Shown here: one piece after another, positions 23,602-36,718 of the stretch | How the letters are laid out: every line of letters starts with the position of its first letter | Numbering within the stretch: the stretch's first letter is position 1 | Source of the DNA: Toensbergia leucococca | Taxonomy: Eukaryota | Direction: 5' to 3' | DNA length: 64,000 bases | NCBI GenBank assembly: GCA_022813965.1 | Contig: JALDZS010000105.1 | Span: 1-64,000, forward strand | Made by a program: the position numbers and the translations under genes | Notes under the pieces: generated by a model | What the model was told of the DNA's origin: nothing | The model's database searches: none | Seen by the model: the letters and a program-made list of their open reading frames with translations, nothing else

Positions 23602-25268
23602 CTAGAGCTTACTCGCCCCCTGACTCACCCTCTTCTTCTGCTCCTCGGCCAGTCGTAATCCTCTCCTTCCTCCCCGACTGCCATCCTCAGTCCACACCTC
23701 ATTCACACTCTCCCCTGGCCACCTCCACGGCCACTGCAGCTCCTCTCTCAATCTGCCTTCCAATGCCTCCACAATCCTTTCTCCTAGTACCGGCAAGAAT
23801 TTGAACCCGTGCCCACTGCCTCCAGTAGCCATGAAAAGCCCTTCAAACTCAGGATGCCAATCAACCATGAAGTCACCACTGCTAGTGTCTGTATACCAGC
23901 ATATCCTTTCACTTGCAAAAACTCTTTCTTCCAACCATGGCACCAACTTTTTCAGCCCTTCCTTTAAAGCCTGCCTTCCCTCATCGGGTAAGACTCCGTA
24001 ATCCTCCCCTGGCAAGCTAACGGTGATATCCACCTCCTGTCCAGCACTGCCCAATACCGTTGACGTGGAAGGATTGCGGTAGCCATAGCTGTGTCTTGCG
24101 ACCTTCAACAACCCCTCCTGTCCAGGCATAGGTGGCACCACGAACAGGCCTGTCCCCAAATCAAATAGCACCGGCACCCCTCTGAACCTCTCTCTTTCAC
24201 CATCACTCAATTGCACATAACCTACGACTTGCCCGCTCGCCTCAGCCCTACCGTTGAGATCAAGCAACCCACCACTCCAAGCTCCCATTGCTAGAATTGT
24301 TAGGCATGCTTCCACAGTTTCTCCTGACTCGATCTGCACACCGATGATTTTTCTCCTTTTTGGAATGACGGACTCTGGACTTGGAAGGAGTCTAGTAGCT
24401 CGTGAAGAGATGAATTGGACCCGAGTGGATGGGAAGGCTTGAACACGGGATAAAAGGACATTCATTGCAGCGGTAGCATTGCAGAAACCACTAGACCAGT
24501 TCACATAACCGTATGTGAGGCTGGCTGGGGCCACGGTGGAGATCCCCATTGATTTCAGGATATCAGTATTGTCGGCCAACTTCTCAATTCCTTTTCTTTC
24601 GGTTTTCTGAGAACCTTCAATGACGGCTTTACCATGATTCTCGGTCTTTGATTCCCCTAAATTTTCCACATTCACTCTAGCTCTTTCGACATACTCGCTC
24701 ACATTGTCGCTGATGAATGCGATACCCCCTTCGTGATAGCAACTTGCGTATTCTGCGTCTTTGCGCCAAAGTTTTTGGGCCTCAGAGGCAAGGCGCGCAT
24801 AGGGTGTAGAGGCATAATCTGCACGGACTAGGCGGGAAGAGTCGTGGGAGGCTGTATGCGGACTTGTAAAAGTTGTGTGTGAAGCAGATGTGAAACCAGA
24901 AGAAGGGGACGGAGAGTAGGGATCGACGATTACAATTTTTGTGTTCTTATAATTGGGAGACTGTAGTAAAGACAGGCAAGTTGTTACTGTGGGTGTAGGA
25001 GATTAGCATCTAGCTTGTACAGGCGCTAGAGACCTACGAGAAGGAGTCTTTTAATTGCAAAGGCGAATAGACAGAGATATTTGAGATGAAGACGAAAGAG
25101 TGAGGTCGATACATGGCTGATGGCGGGAGACAGTGAACGTGCGCGAGAATGTGGAGAGATATAGATAAGTTAAGAGCGGCCATAGAAACACGTACGCCCG
25201 AAAACACCGGCGCCGAGAATGAGAATGGTAGATGGAGGATCAAAATGGAGAGGAGATGAAGATGACAT
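23602..25268 (-). CDS. FAD-dependent oxidoreductase, sarcosine / L-pipecolate / fructosyl-amino-acid oxidase family
   Basis: Exon 1 MSSSSPLHFDPPSTILILGAGVFG (GxGxxG). Intron 24987-25195. Then ASHDSSRLVRADY, ILAMGAWS, RICWYTDTSSGDF and ATGGSGHGFKFLPVLG. Confidence 0.93.
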
Positions 25269-25760
25269 TGAAGTGATGATTGGCGGAATCGAATAGCCAG
25301 AAGCCAGATGTAATCCACCGGGTCGCAAGAAATACAAATTGCAACTGCGTAAGATCTTGAGGGGGCTTGATAAAATGCTAGGAGAATCCCTCGACGAGAA
25401 GTCTCAACAGTCCACAATGACAATGAAGGCTTATCATTTTGACGACAGTGGCAGAGGAGGTTGTGCACTACTGCGCGCGAGGGTGGCACTGTGTGCAGTA
25501 CGGAATAGAATAGAATACCGGATATTCTAGAATACTCCCGGTCGCCGTACAAGATGCAGTTCCACAAATCCTACTCCGTACTCCCGTACTCTTCTCTTTC
25601 TCAGTCCTCCTAAATTCCCTTTCGCTCACAACTACACGTACCTACGGGTCTCAGCTCCCAAAGGCTACCTTCAAAGGCTACCTTCAAAGGTCTTTTCTTC
25701 CCTAACTTTGGCTCCACCCTCCCTTCCATCACTACACAGATAATCGACTGAGTCCATGCT

Positions 25761-26322
25761 ATGGGCTCCGTCGTACTCCCTCATCTCGCCACTGGATGGC
25801 ATGTGGACCAAAGCATCCTCACCGAAGAGGAGCGCCTCGTGGTAATTCGCTTCGGCCGTGACTGGGACCCGGACTGTAAATCATGCCCTCCCCTCCGCCT
25901 CGAACGTCCCACATCTGTCAAACCCCCTCACTTACTTGTTTGTTAGGCATGCGCCAAGACGAAGTTCTCTATCGCATCGCCGACCGAGTCAAAAATTTCG
26001 CCGTCATTTACGTATGCGACCTTGACCAAGTACCCGACTTCAAGCAAATGTATGAACTCTACGATCCCATGACACTGATGTTTTTCTTCCGGAATAAACA
26101 CATGATGTGTGATTTCGGGACCGGAAATAACAACAAATTAAATTGGGTGTTGGAGGACAAGCAGGAATTGATCGATATCCTGGAGACTATTTATCGGGGG
26201 GCAAAGAAGGGCAGAGGTTTGGTTGTTAGTCCCAAAGGTCAGTGACCTCGGTGACTTAAAGATAATAAATTTCGGCTAAGTATCTTGTGTGCCTAGACTA
26301 CTCGACAAGATATCGGTATTAG
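25761..26322 (+). CDS. dim1: U5 snRNP thioredoxin-like protein Dim1/Dib1 (U5-15kD)
   Basis: MGSVVLPHL..WHVDQSILTEEERLVVIRFGRDWDPDC / MRQDEVLY..YELYDPMTLMFFFRNKHMMCDFGTGNNNKLNW..GRGLVVSPK / DYSTRYRY*. Two introns. Confidence 0.97.
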
Positions 26323-27099
26323 GATTGTCTTCGGTCTTCACCCAGCGAATCTCATCCAGCGTTTCGTTGGGATATGTTCACCATTATCATGGTGAACATG
26401 GCACGAAAACCTAAGAAAAACGCTGGTAGCTCATGCCGAAAGTACATAATCTCTAAATTATCTCCCGATTGCTGGACATGATATTCTTAGCAACTCAGAA
26501 GTCTTCCGAGAAGTAAGCAACAAGGTATTTCCACCCTTGTTATTTTCTGACTCAGCCTCACCAAGTGTTTACACATTCTGCTCTTCGAAAGCCGTCCAGT
26601 GCGCTCAATGATCATCGAAATCCATATTGCCTGCATTATGAACAGGTCGCAAGAAAGCTTCCTGTAGGTTAACGTCTCAGCATAGACTTTGTCTGGCACA
26701 GGTCTCATCAATGAGCCTTCGACCGCTGATGTGGAAAGTGGCATGTCACCAGCAGCAGAGATGTCTACTTTCCGATTGATGGAGAGATTCTCATCTTTTC
26801 CTCGGCGCTATCAAGCTAGCTTGATCTTGACTGGCATACAACTGTTTCAACTCATCAGAGGCAGCGATGCTTAGTCATGATATCCCTCATCCAATCTTGT
26901 AATCTCTTGGGTTCTATATACAAGGCTGAATGGCCTAGGCTTCGGATGATGAGCCGGAACATGAAGGTGGATGGCTTCGACAAGGCGAACATTTAGCCTT
27001 GTTCATGAACGACCATTGATTTTGTATTCTCGAATCGTATATCATATGTTCATGCATTTCTAATAACTTCTTCACCTCAAACATTCAAGTTTCCCATGC

Positions 27100-28430
27100 C
27101 TACGAATCTGCCGCCGTTGCCCGGATTGCCCAGCAGGTGTATGTACAAAAGCAGTGAAGCCGAAGTACCCTCTTCTTTAGAGTGATTAGCCCCAGCCCGG
27201 TCGACTCCTTCATCCTAGCGGAGACCTGGCTGGCACGAAGATTCACGTCCACTTTCGTCAGTCATTTCTTACTTTGAAAGACGTGTTGTTGAGGCCTCGG
27301 AATTCTTCTAGCGCCGAGGGACATATAATCCCCGAAGCAGTCAGACGCCATATGCAATTTTGCATGATGAGCTTGAAGATATACCTAATTGGATTGGGAT
27401 CTCACGTCGTTGATTCCCGAAGAATCAATTCAAACTCTGGCAAGCGAGTCTGAAGTATGTTTCACACTGCCCAGCCTCAGGAAAAGTTATTTGATAGTCT
27501 GCCGCGTTTGAGAAAGCTTCGCGTTTTTGAGGGCTTCCGATTTCTTTGGCATCCTGGTTCAACACGCAGAGACGGACGTTGCGGAAGTCGTGAAGATACC
27601 TCAAAAGCCAGTAGAGAGCATCAAGACGGGCATCGAGATTGCAATTGCTAGGACACTAGATGACGATGAGACTGATGCTGGTAGAAAAAACCTCTCCGAA
27701 TCCGTTGAAGTGCCTTATAAGACTGTTCTGGAACAGATGATCTTTCCTCACTCGACCCCGGTTTCTAGGTCGAGAGATTTGGTTTTGATGCTCTGTCGCA
27801 TGACGGTAACAGTACTAGACTTGGCACTAATTACATATGTAGGTTCTCGCGGTTCTCGGTTTGATCTAGACTACCTCAAGATGAACTGTCAAGATATTGA
27901 GGTCCACAGTGCTTATATTTTCAATTTCAACTGCACCTTGCGACGATCAGCCTGCCTCGACGGGTTCTTTGATGGGAAGAGGCTCTGAGTCTTACAGTAC
28001 TAAATTTGATGCAGATATGATGAATGCCTAGGTATCAGGGTGGAGGGGAGAGGGGGATGCGCGATGCCAAGATTTCGCCGATGTACTGAATGCGCTAACT
28101 ATCAGAGAGAATATCGAGTCGGAGAGAGGACCGAGAACAATACCAAATATCCCATTAACCAAGATATTAGTGTTGAGGATGGGAACGCTTTGCAGCATTC
28201 AATGGGCCACCATAGGCTACGACAACAACCGCGTTTCATTAGGTGAGCTCTGTACGAAATATTCAGGAGCATTCCAGCTAGGGCCCGTGAGCCGCTTCCG
28301 CATGCGCAGGGGTGCGTCTATTCTAACCCCAAATTTGAGTTGTACTGGCAACGTTCCCTCGATGATGCCACTGCCACTTCTAGTCTCTTTCCTCAACAGC
28401 AGCCCTCACTCTGTCAGTGCACTCTGATCT
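27100..28430 (+). pseudogene. Decayed member of an uncharacterised Pezizomycotina protein family
   Basis: ORF 27527-27988 (VLDLALITYVGSRGSRFDLDYL..LRRSACLDGFFDGKRL*VL) ends at a TGA where Trp would fit. Further protein-like fragments follow in other frames (RMGTLCSIQW..). Boundaries approximate. Confidence 0.5.
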
Positions 28431-30543
28431 CATTCGAATCTGTTCACTGATACATGACAGCCAGGAATACCTCTCCACCACTCAGTGACCATCTTATGAT
28501 CCTCTTCAGTCACACCCCTCACGCTTACGTTTCCCTTGCCCATCAAAGCTCATCCTCCTCGTCTTCCATGAATCCAGTAATTCAACTCCTCTCGCCTCCT
28601 TCTAAGCGCAGACTTCTCTCAAAATCACCAACAGCCAATATTCTCAAAAGGCCCTGTAAGGGTAATTTCTTTCTTCACTCACCCAGCACCTCATTCCCGA
28701 GCCCAGAATCAGATGCAACGTCCTACTTTCCATAATTCTCTCTGCCGAAGTCAACCTCTTCTTTCACTACTGATGAGACTACCTAGTAGTCCCCCTATCA
28801 TCCCATCAGTGACCACTCAAATCTTGAAGCACTACCCTCTTATGATCAAGTAAATCTCTCTTCACATCAGTCACTTTTCCGACGTTTCGGAGATTCAAGT
28901 AATACAGTCCTACTGCTCAATCCAAGACTCGTCAGCAAGACCACGTGCCATGACCCACCAGCCTATCAACTACTTCTCGCTGAACAGACACAACGGCACT
29001 TAGTCCGCGGACCACAGGAATCATCATCTTAAGCTTGCCCAAAAGCTCCCAAGACTATTTAAACTCATCTAAAGGACAGCATTAATCAGTATTTGACCCA
29101 CTCAACGATTCAAGACAAAGCCCCCGTTCCATCTCACTTGTACCTCAGTAGGAGGCGGATGCTGTCCTTGTGTGTGCGCATGATCGTAGTGGCGAACTCA
29201 CACATCTCGTAACACATACGGGGGTCATATATTGAGATGAAGGTTCAAGAGACGCGGAATCGAGCGAGCCAAGTAATTCCCATCGGAGTGGCTGGGTGCC
29301 ATAGCGGGGCTGATTGATGAGATTCTGATCAGCATAAGATGCATCGACCAAATCCACGTAGCGGAACCCGTTTTTAAGGTATCCATTGCGTCCAAGTCGG
29401 ACCTGCTAAAGCTACGGGCCCGTGACGGTGGTTGACCGAGGGGAAGATGGGGGAAATCACCGACTTTCGGCGGCTGTTGTCGGAGATGGCGAAAGCCGGT
29501 CAAGTCCCTCCCCGGCTTGGATCAAGAAGAGCTGAAGGTCATGACTGAAGCTGAGGCGTCTTGTCTGAGGGTGTGGGATCACTTGATATTTTATGCCATT
29601 ATCAGCATTCTTATTCAAGGAAAATAAAAAGGCCGGTGAAGAGATTCAGTTGTATGTGCTGTCAGCTACAAACCTGACGATATCATCAGAGTCAAGAGAT
29701 CTTACTTGAATTTGAAATGACATCAATACGCTGCGTAATGCTTCAGCCTTGAGACTTTTGACTTGCCTCACGATGTTCACAGAGATGAGGCTGAAAATTA
29801 TCATGAGAGCATTGATGACCTAGGAAAGAGTCCTTCATGAATACTGAGAAGTCAGATACAACATTGTTTTTCTGTCATATTTAGCTATGAAGTGCAAAGA
29901 ATGATAGCGTAGAGGTATTGTGAGGATGAATTAAAGACATATTGCATACTACAACTGCAAACTCCCACTGTTTCTGAAAAAAATGATCCTATTCAGCCTT
30001 ATCATTAACCCATACGAGTAACTATATAAGTAACTATATAAGTACTAGTTCCAGCCATGAAACATCAAGAAACACGACTCATTCAATAAGACTAAAAAAA
30101 ACAAGTTCAGTCGCAGATTTCCGGCAGTCAGGAGATCAAAATCAAAACCAACCATCCCTTTCAACCCATTTCCCAAATGCACAATTCTTCCCATCTCCCA
30201 CGCATCCAACCAGATCCATGTTCCCCGAGAATCCCCAACCCAGCATCAGTCACAGGAGTAATTTGCGGGCTCAGTCAACCAATGAAATCACTCCAAGCCA
30301 ATCAGATGTGATTCCTTTCGCTGTGAAACCTGACCTTGAATCAGCTCATGCAGGTGTACTAGCTCCGGAACTCGAAGTCAAAGACCTCGGGCAGTCACTG
30401 CCGCCTGTCTCTGCCCTTGGCGAAGTAGTCATGCGGACGTCTTCCTGTCAAATTTGTCTTTCACTGAAGGGTGGGCGTGAGATGAAGAACCGCAGTGCGC
30501 CGCTCATCGCCCTGGGTGACCCAGCTATCTCCTAATTTTTCTG

Positions 30544-31579
30544 TCATTGAAGGACACTCCCTTGTCTCAACTGCATGTACATTCCGATTCCACCATTTGT
30601 GGGGCGAGGATTATCATTAAGAAAAGGCATATGTTGGCGATATCCACTCTGAGACACGTGGCCGGTTTTCAAGCCAGTCGGTCGTACTTCCGGCACAAGA
30701 TGCAGCCCACCGGCTTGAGGCGTAGGTAAATTCCCCTGATAGTGAGTTGGGATCTCGTCGAAACCTAGTATTCCATTCTCGGAAGGATAGCCATCCACAT
30801 TCATCGGCTGCCACTGTGTATCTCGCTGGCCAAAGCTAGGTTGCATCTGAGGCTGTCCATGTCTCTCGGGTCTTAGAAGCGTAGGCTCAACCTGAGGCTT
30901 TTGTGAGCCGTTAAACGTCCCTATCCAGTGTTCCCTTGAGCTCGGAACCGTGGAGAAAAGTGGGTCGGGCTGCTTGTTGAAACCCTGAGGATTTAGACGG
31001 TGGTTGGAGTGCAGTCCCAGAAGAGGTGGTGCAGGAAGCGTGTGGGGCAAGCAAGTTGCAGGCGAAGAATACGGATTGATGTAGGTAGGACGGTTATTGA
31101 TTGTGTGATCATAAATCGGACGGTCGTAGACTGGGAGGTCATGGTTTGGGCGGTCATAATTCGGGCGGTCATAATTTGGGCGGTCATAATTTGGGCGGTC
31201 ATAAATTGGGGGATCGCGACTGCTATCGTGCCATATGTAGCTCCATTCACCTATCATGCTCAAGAGTGAGCCATGTCAGATCTCAATCTTGTACGATAAA
31301 GATGTTACCTTTATCGTCTCTCTGGGCCATGTAATACCTTTGGTGCTCCGGACTCCATGTCCATTTATTCGCAGTACTCGAATTAATTGGTGGATCTCGG
31401 TATGGGGGGGCGGTTGGAAGTGATGAGGAGCCTGTTGTTGAGGATATTGCGCGTCGCTGGCCCATTCGGTCTTGGGTACCTCCTTCTCGACGGCGACGTT
31501 CGGCTTCATGACGCTGGAAATCGCGATCGCTCTGCTTTGATCTTACAGTACCATTTGCATTTCGTGCGGTGGAGGGCAT
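30544..31579 (-). CDS. Hypothetical multi-exon protein with WW-like N-terminal motif and YDRPN repeats; 3' end uncertain, may continue to about 30350
   Basis: Exon 1 MPSTARN..KWTWSPEHQRYYMAQRDDK joins via a GTAACA..TAG intron to GEWSYIWHD.. in the 30544-31263 ORF. A further donor GTACAT lies near 30580. Confidence 0.6.
31121..31210 (-). repeat. 15-bp coding tandem repeat encoding YDRP(N/I), about 6 copies
   Basis: GGTCATAATTTGGGC units on the plus strand; translates as YDRPNYDRPNYDRPNYDRPNHDLPVYDRPIYD. Confidence 0.9.
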
Positions 31580-31978
31580 GATTTTCTCAATTGCTTAGTC
31601 GGTGGTTGAAGGAAGGATGAGGAAATGTTCTGTTCCAAGACCTCACAGCCTGGTCAAGACTGCACGATAAGCAGCCATTTCCTCTGATTGGTCCATGATT
31701 CCCCATCAATCTCAGCCTGATTCATGAAGGACTCCTCACATATTGCTGTGGCTCTTGCTTTCTGCGAGTCCTGTATTCCTTAGGTAAAGAGGAAAAGACA
31801 GTCTCTTTGACTTTGAATTTTACGCGTTACCACTCACGCTACGAGTACGAGGAGTACCTAGGTAGGTACCTAGGCACTTGGTCTGTCACGATAGAATACG
31901 TCGTACGAGTAAGGTAAGTGGAATAGAATGACTGGAGCTTAGGTAGGCTGTATTTAACTCACCTAGGTATCCGTCCTG

Positions 31979-34407
31979 ATGTCTACCTCCACTGACGCGA
32001 GCTGCGGTTTCTGGACAGACCATAGTCTTGGCCCTTTAGACCGTGAGTACATCCCTCAAATTGATTTGGAGCTCTCGCTGACGATCATGAATCCAAAGGA
32101 TGGCAAATCTTAGCCTCCGATTACTGGGCCCAATGGATGTCCGCCTTCGTTGCCGTTTGCCTTACTCTAGTCCACCCTTATGTCTTCAAGATCGTGAGGA
32201 GTCTGTGTTGTTGGCTTTGGGGTCTCGTTGAGAGCCTTGTGGCAGAATGGACCCGCGCACACCAGCATGATTTTGCCTCTTCGCCTCCAGCTCCTGATGA
32301 GCTCCAACCTTTGCTAAACCAAGGGCAGAGGAGTGACAATAACACACACCGAGGCCTAAATACGAATGGGAACCTTGCAAAACAGAAGAATCCGCCTCAA
32401 TCTGTCGAAGCAGATCAAGGGGCTTCAAACCACATTGCTCTGGCTGATCCACCGCCATCCAGTCAAAGCAACAATGGTACAATTTCAACCCTGTCAATTG
32501 ATTCTCCAGACTGATGAGGTCTAGACACGAGAAATCCAGAAGTGTCAGAATCGCGTGAAGGCGAAGACGAGCCTGGCGAAGCTCCGAATATACACCTGGC
32601 ACAGCCTGAAGCGGATGAAGGACTTGCAGACTTAGCCACAAGAAATAGGAATGCTGTTCAAAAGAGTCCATCAGTGCCAGTTTCTGGTGGCCATGAGTAC
32701 GTTGTAAGTCCGCCGCAATCTGCACACAGCGCCGAAAACCCGCGAGAAAGCTTTGTCCGCTCTAATGACAGCCGCGAAACGGTCTGGGATTTTATCCGGC
32801 TCTTTATGCATGGTGGAGTCAAGCTTTCCGATACAGCCTTCATGGTGGTGCTTGTGACTATTTTGTTTGGGCTGTTTGTGGCACAGACGGTAGCGGGAAT
32901 CTTCTCCGCCCGAATCGCGTCTGACAGGGCTTCATTGTCTTCCTCGACAAGCTGCGGCATTTGGGAACTTGATTACAATGTTGGTGGAGAAGCTAGCATT
33001 CATGATGATTTACACAACTATCAAAAGGAATCCAGAGCAAGTCAATATGCTCGAGACTGCTATAGTCCGTCTGGTATTACGAATTCCCAGGGTTGTAGAT
33101 CCTTCTACAATCAGAGTATTGGGTTTGAGGCCAAGTACGATCAAGTCTGTCCCTTCGGGTCTCCTGAACTTTGTCTTGATGGTCTTTACTCTGCTGTCAC
33201 TTTTGATACTGGACACGTTGACTCTAGTATTATTGGCGTCAATGCCCCCAACACACACAAATTCCGCCGGAAGACCAGTTGTTCTCCTTTAAACATGACG
33301 GCAAAATACATTCAGAGATATTCCTCTGATGATGTAGAGAACACAACATATCGTTACTACTACGGTCCCAAAGACGCTTCAGCGTTTACGTTCCAGACAT
33401 CTGGCAACCCTTTTCAGTGGCTCGTTCCGGTTTACTCAGTCAAGTATTCCCCTCCCAACCATATTTCACCTTGGACTCAAACTCAAATGACTTACGAACT
33501 AAATAGCACGTACTTTTCGTCTCTTTATCCCGAAGATGACTATTGGCGACCTTTGCCAGACCTGAGGCCGCCGATTGGAAGCACTCTTACTATAATATTC
33601 GTATCTTCCAATCACATCTATCATACAACGCCGAGCCTCGATCCCATTTTCCCCGCCACAAAGCCACGCTACTTTCCTCCAGAGCGCGAGCCTTATTACT
33701 ACAATTCTGACCCTTTTGCGCGAGCTCTCGCCTGCGTGGACACCACCGAGCTGTGCTCCCCCAATGGCCAGACGTGTTGGTCGATGCTGCCCAATAGCGC
33801 TTCTCATAATGCTGCCTATTGGCTCATGAAATTATCGCTCGAGAATTCGAACATCTATGACTCCATCAAATGGCGACTTGGCACAGCCCTCCTAGCCCAG
33901 GAAAGCGTCAGTCAATTTATTTCACAACCCTTGCCTGCTAATCAGTGGGCAGTCGAGGTCAGTCAGCTCTTCGCCACCTCGCTAGCTCGTATACAATATG
34001 ATGCCTGGAGCATAGCCCACGGAGAAGAGCGCGAGCGGTCAGGCTACGTGGAAGTCACTCCTGACGAAGCTAAGGGACGCTTGTGTAGATTATATAAGTT
34101 CAACAGTATCGGGTACACGAATGTCAGCCTCTTGGGATTTATCGGTCTACCGCTTGCGGCTTTCGTGGTCTATGTTCTGAGCTGGGAAGCATGCTCGGTC
34201 AAGTGGGGCAAACGTGCTCCCAAGAAAGACAAGGGTCCTCCAGAGCCGATGATTGTGGAAAAGTTGTCTCATTCTGTGGGTGATGTGCTTTCTTACATTC
34301 TGGTGGGCATATTTAAAAGGTTGCCCACTTGGCTATCTAAGAAATGGAAGCAATGGTGGGCAAATCGAAATATCAGATCTAGAGGAGCTGATGTAGAAAG
34401 TCCTTGA
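31979..34407 (+). CDS. Fungal hypothetical multi-pass membrane protein with a large Cys-containing luminal domain
   Basis: ATG 31979 gives MSTSTDASCGFWTDHSLGPLD, then a GTGAGT intron, then RWQILAS..hydrophobic helix. A second intron (about 32477-32524) joins the 621-codon ORF. Probable in-frame third intron at about 33444-33506. Hydrophobic segments FMVVLVTILFGLFVAQTVAGIFS and LLGFIGLPLAAFVVYVLS. Confidence 0.8.
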
Positions 34408-35458
34408 GACTGTCACCACGGGAGCACGGTGTGTCAGATCAAATGATGGATTGGATAAGCCAGTCTACGACATATGTCGGGGACAGGCTCTGTCATGTAG
34501 GTCAGAATGAAAGTCCAAGCACTCGGCATAATTGAGGGGACTTGGACAGTATTAGAGAGGCCACAACATGTGCCACTCAAGTTAGCAAGTGGGGACTGAT
34601 AACGATTTCCATCTCATCATTAAAAGAACGACTGCAAGTACATGTAGTACAGGTTATGAAAACACCAGCACCAGAATTTCGCCTACATCAGTCTCTCCAC
34701 CCTTTGTGGCACCTCATTTTCCCTCTTTCTTATCACCGCATGTCTCGTCTGGGTACACACGGCAATTCCAGCTACAATTCCAAAGGTCTAAAACCATCCA
34801 CCAAAACCATTTGAATTGTGCACGGCCTGCGCTACCCCGCTCGAGCCTCTTTACCCCGTCTTATACCCTCATCCACGTCCTCCACTTGAAGCCCTTTTTC
34901 TCGGCTCCCACAGCTCTCGGCGCGAAGACGTGTACCAGTATAGCCGTGAGCACCGGCGTGGCTTTAAAACGGAGATGATGAGGGCTTCTTGTTTTACAAC
35001 AAGCAGAGCTATGGATAGATTAAGCGTCATGGTGGCGTTCTTAAACGATACCTTAGCTAGGGTAATGAGTGCTGGACTGTGAATGGAAGGGGGGCATAAA
35101 TAGCCCGGATAAGGCTACAGAAATCAGCGGAGGGCATGTTGCTGCATCAAAGAGCGGATCTTAAGCCAAACAACACCACCTTCTGCCCTTTTCCGAGTCT
35201 CTTTTCTCGGTCTTTCATGCCTTTCCTATCTCTTTCCTCATATCATTTTCATCTCAGCATCGGCCTCATTCATCTGGAAACCGTGTTCAGCCTCTCAATT
35301 CTTGGGGCCCAGCAGCAGCTGTGGATCTATGTGAGTGTATGTCAGTCAGAAGACCGTCGAAACATCGACGACATTTACGTCGCATGCGATCATCTTTACA
35401 GTCACCACGATTCTTGAATCAGCTGCCGATCCATTCCAGCATATTCGCACTTTGACAA

Positions 35459-36718
35459 CTATTCCTCAAACCTATACATGACCAGACTTCTAGAGCAATG
35501 TTCTTGAAGAAAGTCCAAACCCTCACAATCACTGAAGACATATTGCGTCGCAATCCCACCATCCTCCTTCCGCCTGAGCGCATTCCGCAATCCCATCTCC
35601 CTCCAATCCACAACCGCAGCCACGCTCGTCCCGACATGCTCAATCACCAAAGTCTCATGCCAAAGATAGTCAAGTTCCTCAGGCACATTCCACCTCCTAC
35701 AAGAGAACAAAAATCGCTTCCAAAGTCTACTCTGCCATTTCAGCACCGGCGCCTTCAAAGCCTCAATGAGATTCTTATCAACCTGCAGCCGCAAAAGCAC
35801 ACTCTCCCCAATAGGATCCTTGTATTTGGCCCACTGAAGATAGCGCATCGGAATCTCCTTGTCCACGAACCAGCAAGACGAACGCGCGAGACCATAATAA
35901 GCAGAATTGAGGAGGGCTGAAAAGCGCTGCACAGTGCCCTCGGGGTTGAAGAGGTCGTGGGTGCGGTAGCGAGGCAGGGATTTCCAGAGGACGATCGACC
36001 CAGGCGGTGCATCTTCCTTGGCCTCTCTCGTGGTCTCGGCGGCCATACCCGGAATCCTAGACTGGTTCTCAGACCCTTCTCGCTGCACGCTCCTATCAGC
36101 TTCTAGTCTCATCCTCCCCTCCTCCAAGCCTCGAAGCCTGGCATCGACGATGTCCTTCGCCCAACACCCCACCCCCTCCGTCCTCCGCAACTCCTTGAAC
36201 TCTTCCCTCATAATAGCGTCCCTCGCCCATATCTCAAACCCCATCTCACACAATGCCCACCTCCATTCATCATCGTCTCGAAACGCATCACCACTCGGCT
36301 CCCGTACTTGGTCGATCCTGAAGAACGGGAACGACTGGAAGTATTCGCGGGAGTCTGGGTCTTCGTCGAGGTTTGTATCCAAGTCGATGAGGGCGGCTTG
36401 GTTCAGGCGCCAGAAAGTGCTTGCAGCGGAGAGCGTGAAGCCGCAGTATTCGTAGGTTTGCAAGGAGAAGAGGGTTGATGGAATGGAGGGCTTGGGATCG
36501 AGATTGAGATGGAGATTGAGAGTATTGAGCGCTGGGTTTATGGATTCGAGGGTGGGATCTGGGGGGGATTGGGAGAGGTGGCATTTGGGCAGGGTGCGGG
36601 TTTCAGCTTGAGGGCGGGAGAGTGAGGTCATTAGCTCGAGCGCGAGGACAGAAAGGGGGTCGGCGAGGGAGTTGGAGGAAGGGCTGGTGAAAGGTGGAGT
36701 TGGAGATGCTTCTGGCAT
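35459..36718 (-). CDS. Hypothetical protein, 419 aa; C-terminal half possibly DUF3990/ADP-ribosyltransferase-like
   Basis: Intact single-exon ORF. Helical N-terminal domain (YEYCGFT..DDEWRWALCEMG..AIMREEFKELRRT). C-terminal pattern LWK..QWAK..WKRFLFSCRR..QYVF..GLDFL. Confidence 0.7.
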   Translation of the reverse strand: MPEASPTPPFTSPSSNSLADPLSVLALELMTSLSRPQAETRTLPKCHLSQSPPDPTLESINPALNTLNLHLNLDPKPSIPSTLFSLQTYEYCGFTLSAASTFWRLNQAALIDLDTNLDEDPDSREYFQSFPFFRIDQVREPSGDAFRDDDEWRWALCEMGFEIWARDAIMREEFKELRRTEGVGCWAKDIVDARLRGLEEGRMRLEADRSVQREGSENQSRIPGMAAETTREAKEDAPPGSIVLWKSLPRYRTHDLFNPEGTVQRFSALLNSAYYGLARSSCWFVDKEIPMRYLQWAKYKDPIGESVLLRLQVDKNLIEALKAPVLKWQSRLWKRFLFSCRRWNVPEELDYLWHETLVIEHVGTSVAAVVDWREMGLRNALRRKEDGGIATQYVFSDCEGLDFLQEHCSRSLVMYRFEE

